NCBI RefSeq assembly: GCF_006345805.1 | Contig: NC_043013.1 | Span: 7,874,001 to 7,938,000, forward strand | Source of the DNA: Octopus sinensis | Taxonomy: Eukaryota | Direction of reading: 5' to 3' | Length of the DNA stretch: 64,000 bases | Shown here: piece by piece, positions 24,579-38,904 of the stretch | Layout: every line of letters begins with the position of its first letter | How positions within the stretch are numbered: position 1 is the stretch's first letter | Translations under genes and position numbers: made by a program | Notes under the pieces: generated by a model | What the model saw: the letters and a program-made list of their open reading frames with translations, nothing else | Databases searched by the model: none | What the model was told of the DNA's origin: nothing

Positions 24579-25640
24579 TCAGGTTGAGTAAAAAGAAAGC
24601 AATGTTTTTGAACCATGAAGAATTTGTATTGGATGTTTGCAGAGTTTTGAATTTTTTAAAACCTTTTTTGCAATTGTCTGATAATACAGACATAGACTTA
24701 TCAAATGCATCAATAAATTAACATTGATATTCTTTTCACCATTGTTACAATCATCTGAAACGGAACTGTCAAAGCATGATATTCAAGCAATTTTGCTATT
24801 CAACTTCAGAAAAGGATGTAAAGCAGCTGAAACCGCTCATGATATCAATGAAACATCTGGTGAGGAAATGACCAGTGAGTGGTCAACTCGAAAATGGTTT
24901 AAACGATTTTGGAATGAAGACCTGAGCCTTAAAGACTGTGAGCGTAGTGGATGCCCATCTATCATCAATGACAGTCAATTAAAGACTGTCATTGAGAAAA
25001 ATCTGTGTAAAACCACTCAAGAACTGACAAAAAAACTACGAGTTAGCCAGAAAATTGCTGGCAACCGTTTGCATGCAATCAAAAAAATCAAGAAGATTGA
25101 CAAAAGGGTACCACGCAATTTGAATGAAAATCAGAAAATGAGCAGATATGAAATTTACTCATTGCTTCTTCTCCATAACCAGACTAATCCATTTCTTGAT
25201 TGTATTGTAAGTTGCAATGAAAGGTGGATTCTGTACAATAATAAAAAATGCTCTTTATAGAGTTTGGACAAAATGAAGCACTGAAAACCTTCCCTAAACC
25301 TGGGAGGGGGCGTCTTCAAAAAGAAGGTTAGAGTGAATATTTGGTGGTGTACTGCTGGACTCATCCACTATAACTTCTTAAACCTAGAAAAACCATCAAC
25401 GCAGAGGCATATTGTCATGAAATTGCCAGAATGAATGAAAAACTGCTACTCTGCCATTCCTGACTGGTCAACAGAAGAGAGCCAATCATTCTCCATGACA
25501 ATGCTTGACCATATGTTTCACTAATGACACTCCAGAAATTGACGGAATGTGACTACAAAGCTCTTCTCTCCACACCCATGGATTGACCCCAAGATATTGT
25601 GTAAAAGGTGCCAAACAATGGAATTGAAGCGAGGCCCTTG
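24579..25640 (+). mobile_element. Decayed mariner transposon (Hsmar1/SETMAR-like transposase), 3'-truncated
   Basis: Left TIR tcaggttgagtaaaaag; translation ELSKHDIQAILLFNF.KG.KAAETAHDIN...WFKRF...RSG.P...VP.NLNENQK...FLDCIVSCNERWILYNN; frameshifts. Confidence 0.9.
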
Positions 25641-25654
25641 TAAATGTGCAAAAA

Positions 25655-26149
25655 TGTAAGCACATATGCACACACCCACACCCACGTACATGCACACACA
25701 AACACACACAATCACACACATGCACACACAAACAGATACATGGGCACACACACAAGCATACACAAACACACACACACAAATACACACACACATACACACA
25801 AGCACACACACACACATACACACAAGCACACACAAATACAAACACACTCACACATATACACAAGCACACACTCACATACACATACAAGCATACACACACA
25901 CACACACACAATCACACACATGCACGCACAAACACACACAAACACATACATACATGAGCACACCACACACACACACACACAAGCACACACACACACATGT
26001 ACACAAGCACACACACACTGTACACACACACACTGTACACACCACACGTGCACACAACATAACACCCACACATACAACACACTCACACATATACACAAAG
26101 CACACACACACACACCACAAGCACACACACACACATACACACGCACGCG

Positions 26150-26180
<31 letters not shown>

Positions 26181-26225
26181 ACACACATACACACAAGCAC
26201 ACACACACACAAGTACACACACACG

Positions 26226-26296
<71 letters not shown>

Positions 26297-26616
26297 ATAT
26301 TCCTTGTTGGCTTGGGGATTTGTGCAATTTGCTCATCAGTTGAGATGAAGCTGCAAGGACCTTAGCCAGCAGCAAACATCCATGAAACTCAATTTTAACT
26401 GGAAGCTATGTTGTAAAAAAAAAAAAAAGCAAAAAACAACAACAACAATAAAATACAAAAAAATACAACAAGGTAGAAAAAGCAATTTAGCTATTTACTT
26501 TCATTCATGTTTATTACTGTTACTATTATTACAATTAGATTATAGTAATGTTATATATGTGTGTGATGTATGTGCATATGTTGCATATATATATGTGTGT
26601 GTGTGTGGGTAAATAA

Positions 26617-26690
<74 letters not shown>

Positions 26691-26823
26691 AACACATATA
26701 CATATATATGTATATATATATATATATATATAATATATATATCTATATATATATATATATATATATATATTATGAATATATATAGATATATATATAATAT
26801 ATATATATATATACATAATATAA

Positions 26824-26875
<52 letters not shown>

Positions 26876-27016
26876 TATATACATATATATATAGTATATA
26901 TATATGTGCATCTATGAGTGTGTTTGTGTAGTGTATGTCTTTATGTATGCATTATGTATTTGTATGAGTGGCTGTGTGTGTGTGTCTTTGTATGTATGAA
27001 GTATGAGGGGAGAGAG

Positions 27017-27058
<42 letters not shown>

Positions 27059-27226
27059 GGAGAGAGAGGAGAGAGAGAGAGAAGATGGATTGTTATAGGA
27101 CAGTTCTGAGATGTGCAAATAGAGCTGAGTGTGATGCTTTATTGATTAGCAGATCAATAACATTAGTATGCACTATGATTGATAAACACCAGGTGACTCT
27201 CAGAGAGCATGCAAGAGAGAAAGATA

Positions 27227-27310
<84 letters not shown>
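25655..27310. repeat. Microsatellite cluster: (CA)n 25655-26292, (TA)n 26620-26905, (GA)n 27010-27310
   Basis: Direct reading. Confidence 0.95.
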
Positions 27311-27313
<3 letters not shown>

Positions 27314-28137
27314 TGAGTTAAAGTTAAAGAGCAAGTTAGAAGAAAAAAAAAGGAAGGCTGAGATAATACAGACAGATATGTATACAATGGAACTGAGACA
27401 CAGACAGATAACAAGTTAGACCGACAGACAGATAGACCGATACACAGATAGTTAGACTGATGAGCAGATGGAGAGATAGATTGACTAAGAGATAGAACAG
27501 AGGCAGAGAGTAACTGAGTGAAAGAACAAATTGTCTCCCCTGTCTTTTACAATCAGAATTAATCATTTAAATTATACTCTTTACTCTTTTACTTGTTTCA
27601 GTCATTTGACTGCGGCCATGCTGGAGCACCGCCTTTAGTCGAGCAAATCGACCCCGGAACTTATTCTTTGTAAGCCCAGTACTTATTCTATCGGTCTCTT
27701 TTGCCGAACCGCTAAGTGACGTATTCATTCTCGTAATCTAATTTAAATTTTAATTAATTTAAAATTTCTTTTGCTTACTATATTGAGTAACATAGTGCTC
27801 ACTTTACTATGAAGTTTTCATGCAGCAAGTACCCCTGAGTAATCTTTTGTTTGAAGTTATTTCTTCAATCAGAGTTAATTCATTTAATAAAAAAAGAAAA
27901 ACCTATATCTCCTAGCACTTTTTCGTCTTCTTTCTTTTACCTTTTTTTCAGGCATTGGACTGTGACCAGGCTGGGGCACTGCCTTGAAGTGCTTAGTTAA
28001 ACAAATTGACCTGAGTACTTGTATTCATTCTGTCAGTCCATTTTGCTGAACTGCTAACATATGGGGACATAAACAAACCGATACGGGTTGTCAAGTGGTC
28101 AGGAGATAAACACAAATGCCCAAAAATATACACATAG

Positions 28138-28490
28138 AGGCGCAGGCATTGCGGTAAGAAGCTTGTGGCGAGCTGGCAGAAACGTTAGCACACTGGGCAA
28201 AATACTTAGCAGTATTTCATCTGCTGTTATGTTCTGAGTTCAAATTCCGCTGAGGTCGACTTTGCCTTTCATTCTTTCAGGGTTGATAAATTAAGTACCA
28301 GTTACGCACTGAGGTTGATGTAATTGGCTTAATCCCTTTGTCTGTTCTTGTTTGTCCCCTCTATGATTAGCCCCTTGTGGGCAATAAAGAAATAAGAAGC
28401 TTGCTTTCCAACCACATGGTTCTGGGTTCAGTCCCAGCTTGGGCAAGTGTCTTCTACTACAGCTTTTGCCAACCAAAGCCTTGTGAGATG
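28138..28490 (+). mobile_element. Family D SINE (28166-28392) nested in a family A head with an 11-bp TSD
   Basis: taagaagcttg at 28155-28165 and 28393-28403 flanks a complete D copy. Confidence 0.88.
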
Positions 28491-28744
28491 ACTTGCATCC
28501 AGTCCAAGAACTCTGCATACTGGAAGCCAGCAAGTGTATCGGATCATCAGGAGAGAATGTGTGCCGTTTCTGGGCCTCTCTCTCAACAGCATCAATGCGC
28601 ACCGCCCTCCCACCTCACTGATATGAGGTCCCACTTGTTAGATCAACTGGTTATTAAACATAGCTTAATATTCTTCTAGCCATTGCTCATCATCTCTTTT
28701 TAACTAAATCCAGTGGCTTGCCTTCTCTACTGTAATTTGGATAT

Positions 28745-29010
28745 CGGTCATGATGTTATTTACTTTATGATGTGTTAGGCCTAACAATAACATCAGTCAT
28801 CTCACACTGTGTCCAACAAACCCTCTACATCCGACTTCAATTGGAAAATGCTCCACTTTCCAGCCTGTGTCTTCACATTCCTCGAGGAGGTTTACATAAC
28901 GGTCAATCTTTCGATTATGCCTCCACCTCCTCTAAATTTTCATCATCTGACACAAGATCACTTCCTCCAATGCCTCCTCTCCTCTCAAAATTCCTTGTCT
29001 TGCAAGTTAC
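28745..29010 (-). mobile_element. HERO/NeSL-like RLE LINE C-terminal fragment
   Basis: Minus strand reads ENLEE...RYVNLLEECEDTGWKVEHFPIEVGCRGFVG, matching the EVG.RGF motif of HERO-type endonucleases. Confidence 0.75.
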
Positions 29011-30423
29011 TTGCTGACCCTGATGGTGCTGGTGCCACATAAAAAATCATCCAGTCCACACTGTAAAGTGGTTAGCTTTTGGAAAGGCATCCAGCTGTAA
29101 AAACCACTCCAAAACTGACCTCACCTGTGCTGATGCCATGTAAAAAACCACTATCCACTATGTGGAGTAGTTGATGTTAGGAAGGGCATCCAGCCATAAG
29201 AACCCTGCCAAAACAGACACAGTAGTCTGGGGTAGTCTTCTACCAGGCCGGATCCTGTCAAACCATCCAATCCATGCTTGCATGGAAGGTAGGTGATAAA
29301 CAGTGATGATGATGATGATATATATATATCATCATCATCGTTTAACATCCGCTTTCCATGCTAGCATGGGTTGGACAATATGACTGAGGACTGGCGAACC
29401 AGATGGCTGCACCGGCTCCAATCTTGATCTGACAGAGTTTCTACAACTGGATGCCCTTCCTAATGCCAACCACTCCGAGAGTGTAGTGGGTGCTTTTATG
29501 TGCCACCGACATGAGGGCCACCCTCAAATGGTGCTTTTTACGTGGCACCTGCACAGGAGCCAGTCCAGCGGCACTAGCAACGACCTCGTTCGAATGTTTT
29601 TTCACATGCCATATATATATATATACATAATAATATTAGGGAGTAAATCCAAACTTACAGGGAAAAATTAGATTTAGGATTTATTTATACATTTATACAT
29701 TTATACCACTAATAGTGGTTTTATCTCTAATTTAATATAATATATATATACATACACATACAATGGACTTCTTTCAGTTTCCATCTATCAAATTAATTCA
29801 CAAGGCTTTGGTTGGTTCAAGGCTATAGTAGAAAATGCTTGCACAAGGTGTCATGCAGTGGAACTGAACCAGGAAACCATGCGATTGGGAAGCAAACTTC
29901 TTACTAGACAGCCACACCAGCGCCTGTCTTTGTATGATGAAAGTCAAGTATCTTAGTCATAGCAACATGAACACCATGACAATGATAAGATAACCAGTCC
30001 TGTGGCCATCCGTGCCCTCCTACCCTCTGTATAGTTATGTCATTTTGATGAGGTGATGTCTGCTCTCACTTTACAACAGGATATTACAACTGGGTGTATA
30101 TGAACGGAAGTGTGTAGAGAAGACGCTGTCAGCAGATAAGCAGTGTGAGAAGATAGGGAATCAATGTCTTTTGTTTCTTCTCCTTATTCTTATTCAAATG
30201 ATAGTGGGAATATCATGCTGACAGGATGTGGAAATACATAGCTCCACAAATAAAGAATAACTATCTGCTGTTTCTTTAGGGTTAGGGATTTTGTGTTTTG
30301 TTTGTGTTTTATTAAAAGAAAGAAGGCTACTAGAGCCATATCTTTTCACCAAACACAATATAATCATATAGAAAAAATAAATAAAAACATTAAGAATAAA
30401 TAAAAATGTATAAATAAATAAAT

Positions 30424-30594
30424 AGGTGCAGGAGTAGCTGTGTGGTAAGTAGCTTGCTAACCAACCACATGGTTCCGGGTTCAGTCCCACTGCGTGGCAT
30501 CTTGGGCAAGTGTCTTCTACAATAGCCCCGGGGCTACCAATGCCTTGTGAGTGGATTTGGTAGACGGAAACTGAAAGAAGCCTGTCGTATATAT

Positions 30595-30632
<38 letters not shown>

Positions 30633-30850
30633 TTGTGTGTCTGTGTTTGTCCCCCTAGCATTGCTTGACAACCAATGCTGGTGTGTTTACGTCCCCGTCA
30701 CTTAGCGGTTTGGCAAAAGAGACTGATAGAATAAGTACTGGGCTTACAAAGAATAAGTCCCGGGGTCAATTAGCTCGACTAAAGGCAGTGCTCCAGCATG
30801 GCCACAGTCAAATGGCTGAAACAAGTAAAAGAGTAAAAGAGTAAAAGAGT
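30424..30850 (+). mobile_element. SINE family A, young copy
   Basis: Many CpGs retained; (AAAGAGT)3 tail. Confidence 0.9.
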
Positions 30851-31730
30851 AAATGAAAACTAGACAGAAGATTATAGATGTGTGTGTGAGTTTGTGTGTA
30901 TGTGCGTGCATGTGTGAAGGTGCAGACATGGCTGGGTCATTAAGAAGCTTGCTTCTGAACCATGTGGTCTCAGGTTCAGTCCTACAGCACTGCACCTTAG
31001 GCAATTGCTTTCTACAGTAATCCTGGACTGAATCATAAAATTATATATGGGTTTGGTTTAGAACTTCAGGTAATCTTAGGACGATATCCAAAGTCGGAAG
31101 TCCATCACTAGCTGACTTGGTAAATCTGTAGTTGCATTACCAATTTGATAAGGTATATTTTCACAGGCTGACATATAAGAAAAAGCATAAATAATGGGCT
31201 TTATACATTTATTTATTTGTGCATCATAGACTTACAGCTGTTTCTGATACTCATTTTAGGTGTGCTCATGGTTCTATTTTGGTCAATTGATCAATTGTAA
31301 AATGTGAACAACTGTTATAAATGCTATCATCTTCAGAGTCTGCAAACAGTTGTAAATCTACAATAAACAAATAAATATATGTAAAAAAAAAACCCTATTA
31401 TTTACACCTTTTCTTAGACACAAACAGGGTGTCTCAGAAAAATTTAGCCATTGATATTTCTTAATTATTCAAAATAAACTTAAGATAGGATAATGATAGA
31501 CGATACAAAGAAAACAAGGACAGGTCATTATATATATATATATATATATTTACATACATAGGGAGAGTTTACGAAAAAAACAAAAGGCAAAGACAAGTGG
31601 TGTACAAAACAAACAAATGTATTAGTATAACGCTCAGGAATAGAAAAAAAGTCTTACGTTTTGAGCCTACGCTCTTCTACAGAAAGGGACACAGAAAAGA
31701 CAAGGAGAGAAAAGAAATGTGTGTAGTGGC

Positions 31731-31804
<74 letters not shown>

Positions 31805-32897
31805 TTGTGTGTCTGTGTTTGTCCCCCTAGCATTGCTTGACAACCAATGCTGGTGTGTTTACGTCCCCGTCACTTAGCGGTTTGGCAAAAGAGACTGATA
31901 GAATAAGTACTGGGCTTACAAAGAATAAGTCCCGGGGTCAATTAGCTCGACTAAAGGCAGTGCTCCAGCATGGCCACAGTCAAATGCTGAAACAAGTAAA
32001 AGAGTAAAAGAGTAAAAGAGTAAATGAAAACTAGACAGAAGATTATAGATGTGTGTGAGTTTGTGTGTATGTGCGTGCATGTGTGAAGGTGCAGACATGG
32101 CTGGGTCATTAAGAAGCTTGCTTCTGAACCATGTGGTCTCAGGTTCAGTCCTACAGCACTGCACCTTAGGCAATTGCTTTCTACAGTAATCCTGGACTGA
32201 ATCATAAAATTATATATGGGTTTGGTTTAGAACTTCAGGTAATCTTAGGACGATATCCAAAGTCGGAAGTCCAATCACTAGCTGACTTGGAAATCTGTAG
32301 TTGCATTACCAATTGATAAGGTATATTTTCACAGGCTGACATATAAAAAAAAGCATAAATAATGGGCTTTATACATTTATTTATTTGTGCATCATAGACT
32401 TACAGCTGTTTCTGATACTCATTTTAGGTGTGCTCATGGTTCTATTTTGGTCAATTGATCAATTGTAAAATGTGAACAACGGTTATAAATGCTATCATCT
32501 TCAGAGTCTGCAAACAGTTGTAAATCTACAATAAACAAATAAATATATGTAAAAAAAAACCCTATTATTTACACCTTTTCTTAGACACAAACAGGGTGTC
32601 TCAGAAAAATTTAGCCATTGATATTTCTTAATTATTCAAAATAAACTTAAGATAGGATAATGATAGACGATACAAAGAAAACAAGGACAGGTCATTATAT
32701 ATATATATAGATATATTTACATACATAGGAGAGAGTTTACGAAAAAAACAAAAGGCAAAGACAAGTGGTGTACAAAACAAACAAATGTATTAGTATAACG
32801 CTCAGGAATAGAAAAAAAGTCTTACGTTTTGAGCCTACGCTCTTCTACAGAAAGGGACACAGAAAAGACAAGGAGAGAAAAGAAATGTGTGTAGTGG

Positions 32898-32900
<3 letters not shown>
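30617..32900. repeat. Near-identical ~1.17 kb tandem duplication bounded by (TA)n
   Basis: 30617-31733 vs 31789-32900 differ mainly by single-base indels. Confidence 0.93.
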
Positions 32901-32996
<96 letters not shown>

Positions 32997-33003
32997 ATAT
33001 ATA

Positions 33004-33041
<38 letters not shown>

Positions 33042-33064
33042 CATATATATATATATATAATATT

Positions 33065-33120
<56 letters not shown>

Positions 33121-33123
<3 letters not shown>

Positions 33124-34305
33124 GTTGGACAAAATAATAGAAACACCTTAAATTTCAAACAAATTTATTTTAATATAGGGGTAGGACCGTCTTTGGCAGT
33201 AATTACTGCTTGAATTCTATGAGGTATGGACTTATACAAAGTCTGAATTGTTTCCAGAGGAATTTTTGTCCATTCTTCAGCTAAAACAGTCTGCAGTTCA
33301 ATAATATTGAGATCTGGGGACTGTAGTGGCCAGATAAGAAGTTCAACTTCACTAGAATGTTCCTTGTGCTATTCAATAACAACTTTAGCTGTGTGAATTG
33401 GTGCATTATCATCATGAAAGATTGCGTTTCCCTCCGGAATCAGTTCCACAATCATACGAAGAATTTGATCAGATAAAATGCTTAAATAGTCTTGACTATT
33501 AATTCTGACATGAAGAGAAACCACCAGGCTGGTAGGTTTCCAAGATATAGCCCTCCAGATCATCACAGATCCTCCTCCATGTTTAATAGTTGGAAGAGGG
33601 CAGTCTGGGTCAAATGCTTCTTTTGGATGTCTCCAAGTATATACTCAACTGGTGGTCGGAAATAAGCTAAAGGATTACTTGTCCAAGAAAATAACATTCT
33701 TCCACTGCTCTAGGGACCAATTCTGTGGTTTTTTTTACTGCACTCTAAATGCTTTGCAACATTTGTTTTTGAAAGTAGTGGTTTTCTGATTGCAGCCCAC
33801 CCATGAAATCCGGCTTTGTGCAGATCCCGGCAATCAGTTTTTGTGGAAACTGGGTTCTGGAGGTGGTCATTAAGCTCTGCAGTAATTTTGGGGGCTGTAC
33901 TTTTGTAATACTTTCTAACAATTCATGTAAGAGTCCGATGATCCCTATCTGTAAGTTTTGTTTTGACGAGGAAGCTTTTCCCTCTTTCTCAAAGGCTGTC
34001 ATTACTTTCAAGACAATACTTCTTGATACACCAAACATTTCAGCTGTTTTTGTTACGCTAGCGCCTGCTATACAAGCACCAACAATTTGACCTCTTTGTA
34101 AGTCTGACAGATCTGTCATTTTAATGAATTTTAATTACCTTTTTCTGATGATATCTGAAAAGATACAACAATTTTAGCAAAACATATTAAGCAACACTAA
34201 CAAGGAATCAAAAAACAAAAATAAAAAAGCTTTTGACGGTTTTATTGATATTTCAAAATCATATTGCCATGATGCTAGGTGTTTCCATTATTTTGTCCAA
34301 CTCTG
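33121..34305 (-). mobile_element. Decayed Tc1 DD36E transposon (second copy)
   Basis: TIRs ggttggacaaaataat / attattttgtccaactctg; MTDLSDLQRGQIVGAC; HDDNAPIHTAK...SPDLNIIE. Confidence 0.9.
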
Positions 34306-34319
34306 TATATGTGTATATA

Positions 34320-34352
<33 letters not shown>

Positions 34353-34587
34353 CACACGCACACACATACACACACACACACGCACACACACATACACACA
34401 AACACACAAACACACACACGCGTGCACACACACACATACACACACACGCACACACACACACACATACACGCACACATACACATACACACAAACACACACA
34501 CACACAAACACACACACGCGTGCACACACACACATACACACACACGCACACACACACACACACATACACGCACACACACACACGCAC

Positions 34588-34619
<32 letters not shown>

Positions 34620-34836
34620 GTGACAGTATTGATAAAACGAAAGAATCATCCCCTTCCAGCCTTGAACCTTGCTTTGTAGTCACATGTTGTTCATAGAATA
34701 TGTGACACACATACGTCGGCGGTCGGTCGGTTGAGACGTCTCTTCTTTGCACAGCTGTATTTCTTATCAATGCCATCGATCCTTAAACTCTCAAACACAT
34801 TAATCCAATGAAAGTACGTGTCAGCAGGATTCTTAC

Positions 34837-34914
34837 TTGCGTGGGAGTTTCTCCAGTTTGGGATATCAGCTTTACAGCAGTCAGCTCTGAGTTTTCTTCC
34901 ATATTGACTTTCTT
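34837..34914 (-). CDS. Candidate 78-nt internal exon (KKVNMEENSELTAVKLISQTGETPTQ), host gene unknown
   Basis: Branch-like cctaac, acceptor ccctccag, donor caa|gtaaga, length divisible by 3 and open in phase 0; no recognised homology. Confidence 0.25.
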
Positions 34915-35126
34915 CTGGAGGGTATTTAAGGTAACGGTTAGGCACAGGCCTGGCTGTGTGATTAGGGAGGTCATTTTGCAATCATGTAGTTCTGAGTTCA
35001 ATCCCACTTCCCAGCACCTTGAGCAAGTATCTCCTGTTATAGTCCTTGGCAGACCAATGTCTTGGGAGTGAATTTGGTTGGCAAAAAATGTGTTGAAGCC
35101 AGTTATACATACATACATACAAGCAG

Positions 35127-35158
<32 letters not shown>

Positions 35159-35174
35159 CATCATCATCATCATC

Positions 35175-35470
35175 ATCATGTGACCGACCAGATCATCAGA
35201 TGTTGCTACACATCGCTGGTCACAATGCGCTTCGCATTGTTTTAGCCTTCGAATGATGACACCCTGCTGGCTAAGCGAGCAGGCCAACAGAAGAGTGAGA
35301 GAAAGAGTGGTGGAAGAGTACAGCAGGGATCACCACCCCCTGCTGGAGCCTCGTGGAGCTTTTAGGTGTTTTCGCTCAATAAACACTCACAACGACCGGT
35401 CTGGGAATCGAAGCTGCGATCCTACGACCGCGAGTCCCCTGCCCTAACCGCTGGGCCATTGCGCCTCCAC
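35175..35470 (-). mobile_element. SINE family B
   Basis: Reverse complement of 37327-37635. Confidence 0.88.
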
Positions 35471-35661
35471 ATATATATATATATATATATCAATCATCAT
35501 CATCATCATCATCATCGTTTAACGTCCGCTTTCCACGCTAGCATGGGTTGGACGGTTCAACTGGGGTCTGGGAAGCCAGAAGGCTGCAGCAGGCCCAGTC
35601 TGATCTGGCAGTGTTTCTACAGCTGGATGCCCTTCCTAATGCCAACCACTCTGAGAGTGTA

Positions 35662-35693
<32 letters not shown>

Positions 35694-35762
35694 GTTTAAA
35701 TATTTGTTGTGCAAGATTTTTTATTGGCTAAACTGGCAATATGACCATTCCGAAATATAACA

Positions 35763-35796
<34 letters not shown>

Positions 35797-35849
35797 AAAA
35801 ATAGGTATGCATTTGTGTGTGTGTGTGTGTGTGTATATACATATATATG

Positions 35850-37085
35850 TCAGATTGAGCAAAAAGCAAGCAATGTTTTGAGCCATGAAGAATTTGTATC
35901 AGATTTTTGCAGAGTTAAAAATTTTTTTTAAACATTTATTTTGAAATTGTCTGATAATAGAGACATAGACTTGCCCAAATGCACCAATAAATCAACATTG
36001 ATATTCTTTTCACCATTGTTACAATCATCTGAAATGGAACTGTCAAAGCATGATATTTGAGCAATTTTGCTATTCAACTTCATAAAAGGATGTAAAGCAG
36101 CTGAAACTGCTCATGATATCAACGAAACATTTGGTGAGGAAATGACCAGTGAGTGGTCAGCTTGAAAAAGGTTGCCTTGATGATTGTGAGTGTAGTGGAT
36201 GCCATTCTATCATCGAGGATGGTCAATTAAAGACTGACATTGAGAATGATCCAAAAGAACTTCAAGTTAGCCAGAAAACTGACTGAAACCATTTGCATGC
36301 AATCAAAAAATACAAAAAGCTTGACAAATGGGTACCACATGATTTGAATGAAAATCAGAAAATACACAGATAGGAAATTTAATTGTTGCTTCTTCTCCAT
36401 AACCAGACTGATCCACTTCTTGACTGTATTGTAATATGTTATGAAAAGTGGATTCTGTACAATAATAAAAATGTTCTTCACAGTGGTTAAACCAAAATGA
36501 AGCACCGAAAACCTTCCCTAAACCCAAGCTCTTCACAAAGAAGGTTATGGTGATTGTTCGGTGGTGTACTGCTGCACTCATCCACTATAGCTTCTTAAAA
36601 CCTGGAAAAATTACCACTGCAGAAACATATTGCCATGAAATTGCCAAAACGAACGAAAAACTGCTTCTCCTCCATCCCAGACTGGTCAACAGAAGAGGGT
36701 GATTCATTCTTCATGACAATCCTTAACTGCATATTTCACTAATGACGCTCCAAAAGTTGAGGGAACTTGGTTATGAAGTTCTTCCTCACCCAGCTTATTC
36801 CCCGGACCTTTCTCCTAACGACTACCAATTTTTCAAGCACCTTGATGGTTTCCTATAAGAGAAGGAGTTCAAAAATCAAACTGATGTTGAAAGTGCGTTC
36901 AAAGAGTTCATCAGCTCCAGAACTCCAGATTTTTATGTTACCGAAATAAACAAACTTGTAACTCATCGACAAAAATGTGTTGATTGTCATGGTACTTACT
37001 TTGATAAATAAAATTTCTGCATTGTTGAAATATATTGTGATGAATTACATGTTTCAAAATGTTCCTTACTTTTTACTCAGCCTGA
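35850..37085 (+). mobile_element. Decayed mariner transposon (second copy, both TIRs)
   Basis: tcagattgagcaaaaag ... ctttttactcagcctga+TA; PYSPDLSP-like cagcttattccccggacctttctcct region; multiple stops. Confidence 0.9.
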
Positions 37086-37326
37086 TATGTATGAAAATTA
37101 CTTTGTCGTTACTAATATTTTATTCATATCTCTCTGAACAATTGATGAATTTGCAGGCATGACTGTGTAGTAAGAAGCTTGCTTCCCAACCACACGGTTC
37201 CGAATTCAGTCCCACTGCATGGCAAGTTGGGCATGTGTCTTCTACTATAGTCTCAGGCTGACCAAAGCCTTGTGAGTGGATTTGGTAGATGGAAACTGAA
37301 ATAACATTTTATATATATATATATAT

Positions 37327-37635
37327 GGAGGCGCAATGGCCCAGTGGTTAGGGCAGCAGACTCATGGTTGTAGGATCGCAGTTTCGTTTCCCAGACTGGG
37401 CGTTGTGAGTGTTTATTGAGCGAAAACACATAAAGCTCCACGAGGCTCTGGCAGGGGGTGGTAGCGATCCCTGCTGTACTCTTTCGCCACAACTTTCTCT
37501 CAATCTTTCTTCTGTTGGCCTGCTCACTTAGCCATTGGGGTGGTGTCATTTGAAGGCTAAAAAACAATGCGAACCGCATTGTGACCAGCGATGTGTAGCA
37601 ACATCTGATAGCCTGGTCAGTCATGTGATCACGTG
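37327..37635 (+). mobile_element. SINE family B
   Basis: ggaggcgcaatggcccagtggttagggcagcagactc head; B-box gtttcgtttcc. Confidence 0.88.
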
Positions 37636-38293
37636 ATATATATATGTGTGTGTGTGGTGTGCGTGTATGTGTGTGATGGACTCTCCCATCAGTTTTGATG
37701 TATGAGGATCTGACAACCTGCTCTTTCTTTGTCAGTCACAATGCCTATGTCGAATGTAAATGTGGCATTTAAGTACCGCCAATGATTTGTGTGCATGTGT
37801 GTGCCTTTGAGTCTGTGTTTATCCCACCACCACTCCTTGACAATTGGTATTGGTATGTGTATGTTCCTGTAACTAAGCAGTTTGGCAAAGGAGACAAATG
37901 GAATGTGTATCGGGCTTGAAAAAAAAAATACATGTAGCTATGGTTGATGGTGGTGTCACATAAATGGTATCTATACCAGTGGCATGCAAAGAGTACCTTT
38001 CGGGTGTTGGTCCTCACGGAGGCAATGACCAAGACCTTTGGCATTATGTCGTGCTTCGGAAGAAGAAGCAAAATCGCAGTCATGGCAGATACCGGTGTTA
38101 CACAAATGGCACCTGTGATAGTGGCATGTAAAAGCACCCATTACACTCTTGGAGTGGTTGGTGTTAGGAGGGGCATCCAGCTATAGAAACCATGCCAAAT
38201 CAGACTGGAGTCTGGTGCAGCCTGCCAGCTTGCCAGCCCTGGTGAAACCGTCCAACCCATGCCAGCATGGATAATAGACATTAAATGATGATG

Positions 38294-38327
<34 letters not shown>

Positions 38328-38366
38328 TAGTATAGATATACTTTTATATAACATTTGCGCACATCA

Positions 38367-38398
<32 letters not shown>

Positions 38399-38433
38399 CT
38401 ATACATATATGGTATATACAGATATATATATAT

Positions 38434-38483
<50 letters not shown>

Positions 38484-38499
38484 ATATAGATATATTGCT

Positions 38500-38904
38500 A
38501 CTCCACTAGCGACAGCTGATGACGGGGGTTTTTTCCTTGTGTAGCTCATCCTGTAACTGTTTTTTATTTTCCCCGTCTACGTCTTATTGTGGTGTCCTGT
38601 AATTCACGTATATTAATATATTCATTATATATACATGTAGATAGGTACGTACATATATGTTTGTACGCATAATTATTACGTGAATCCCTATATCTATAGG
38701 TGATAATAAACATATATGCATACATACAAACATATAACGTACCTACATCTACTGAATATACATGCATATATAAAAATTATACGTGAAAAGGACACCACAA
38801 TAGACGTAGAAACGAAAAACAAAAACAAAAACAGAAATGAAAAAACAGTTACAGGACGAGCACACAAGGAAAAAACCCCCGTCATCAGCTGTCGCTAGTG
38901 GAGT
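38500..38904. repeat. ~400 bp foldback element with ~170 bp imperfect inverted arms
   Basis: actccactagcgacagctgatgacgggg...tcacgta (38500-38670) is the inverse of 38725-38904. Confidence 0.85.

Noticed and set aside
38515-38560. cagCTGATGAcgggg...ctcatc motif in the foldback arms
   Set aside because: There is no GAAA after the hairpin, so it is not a hammerhead core.
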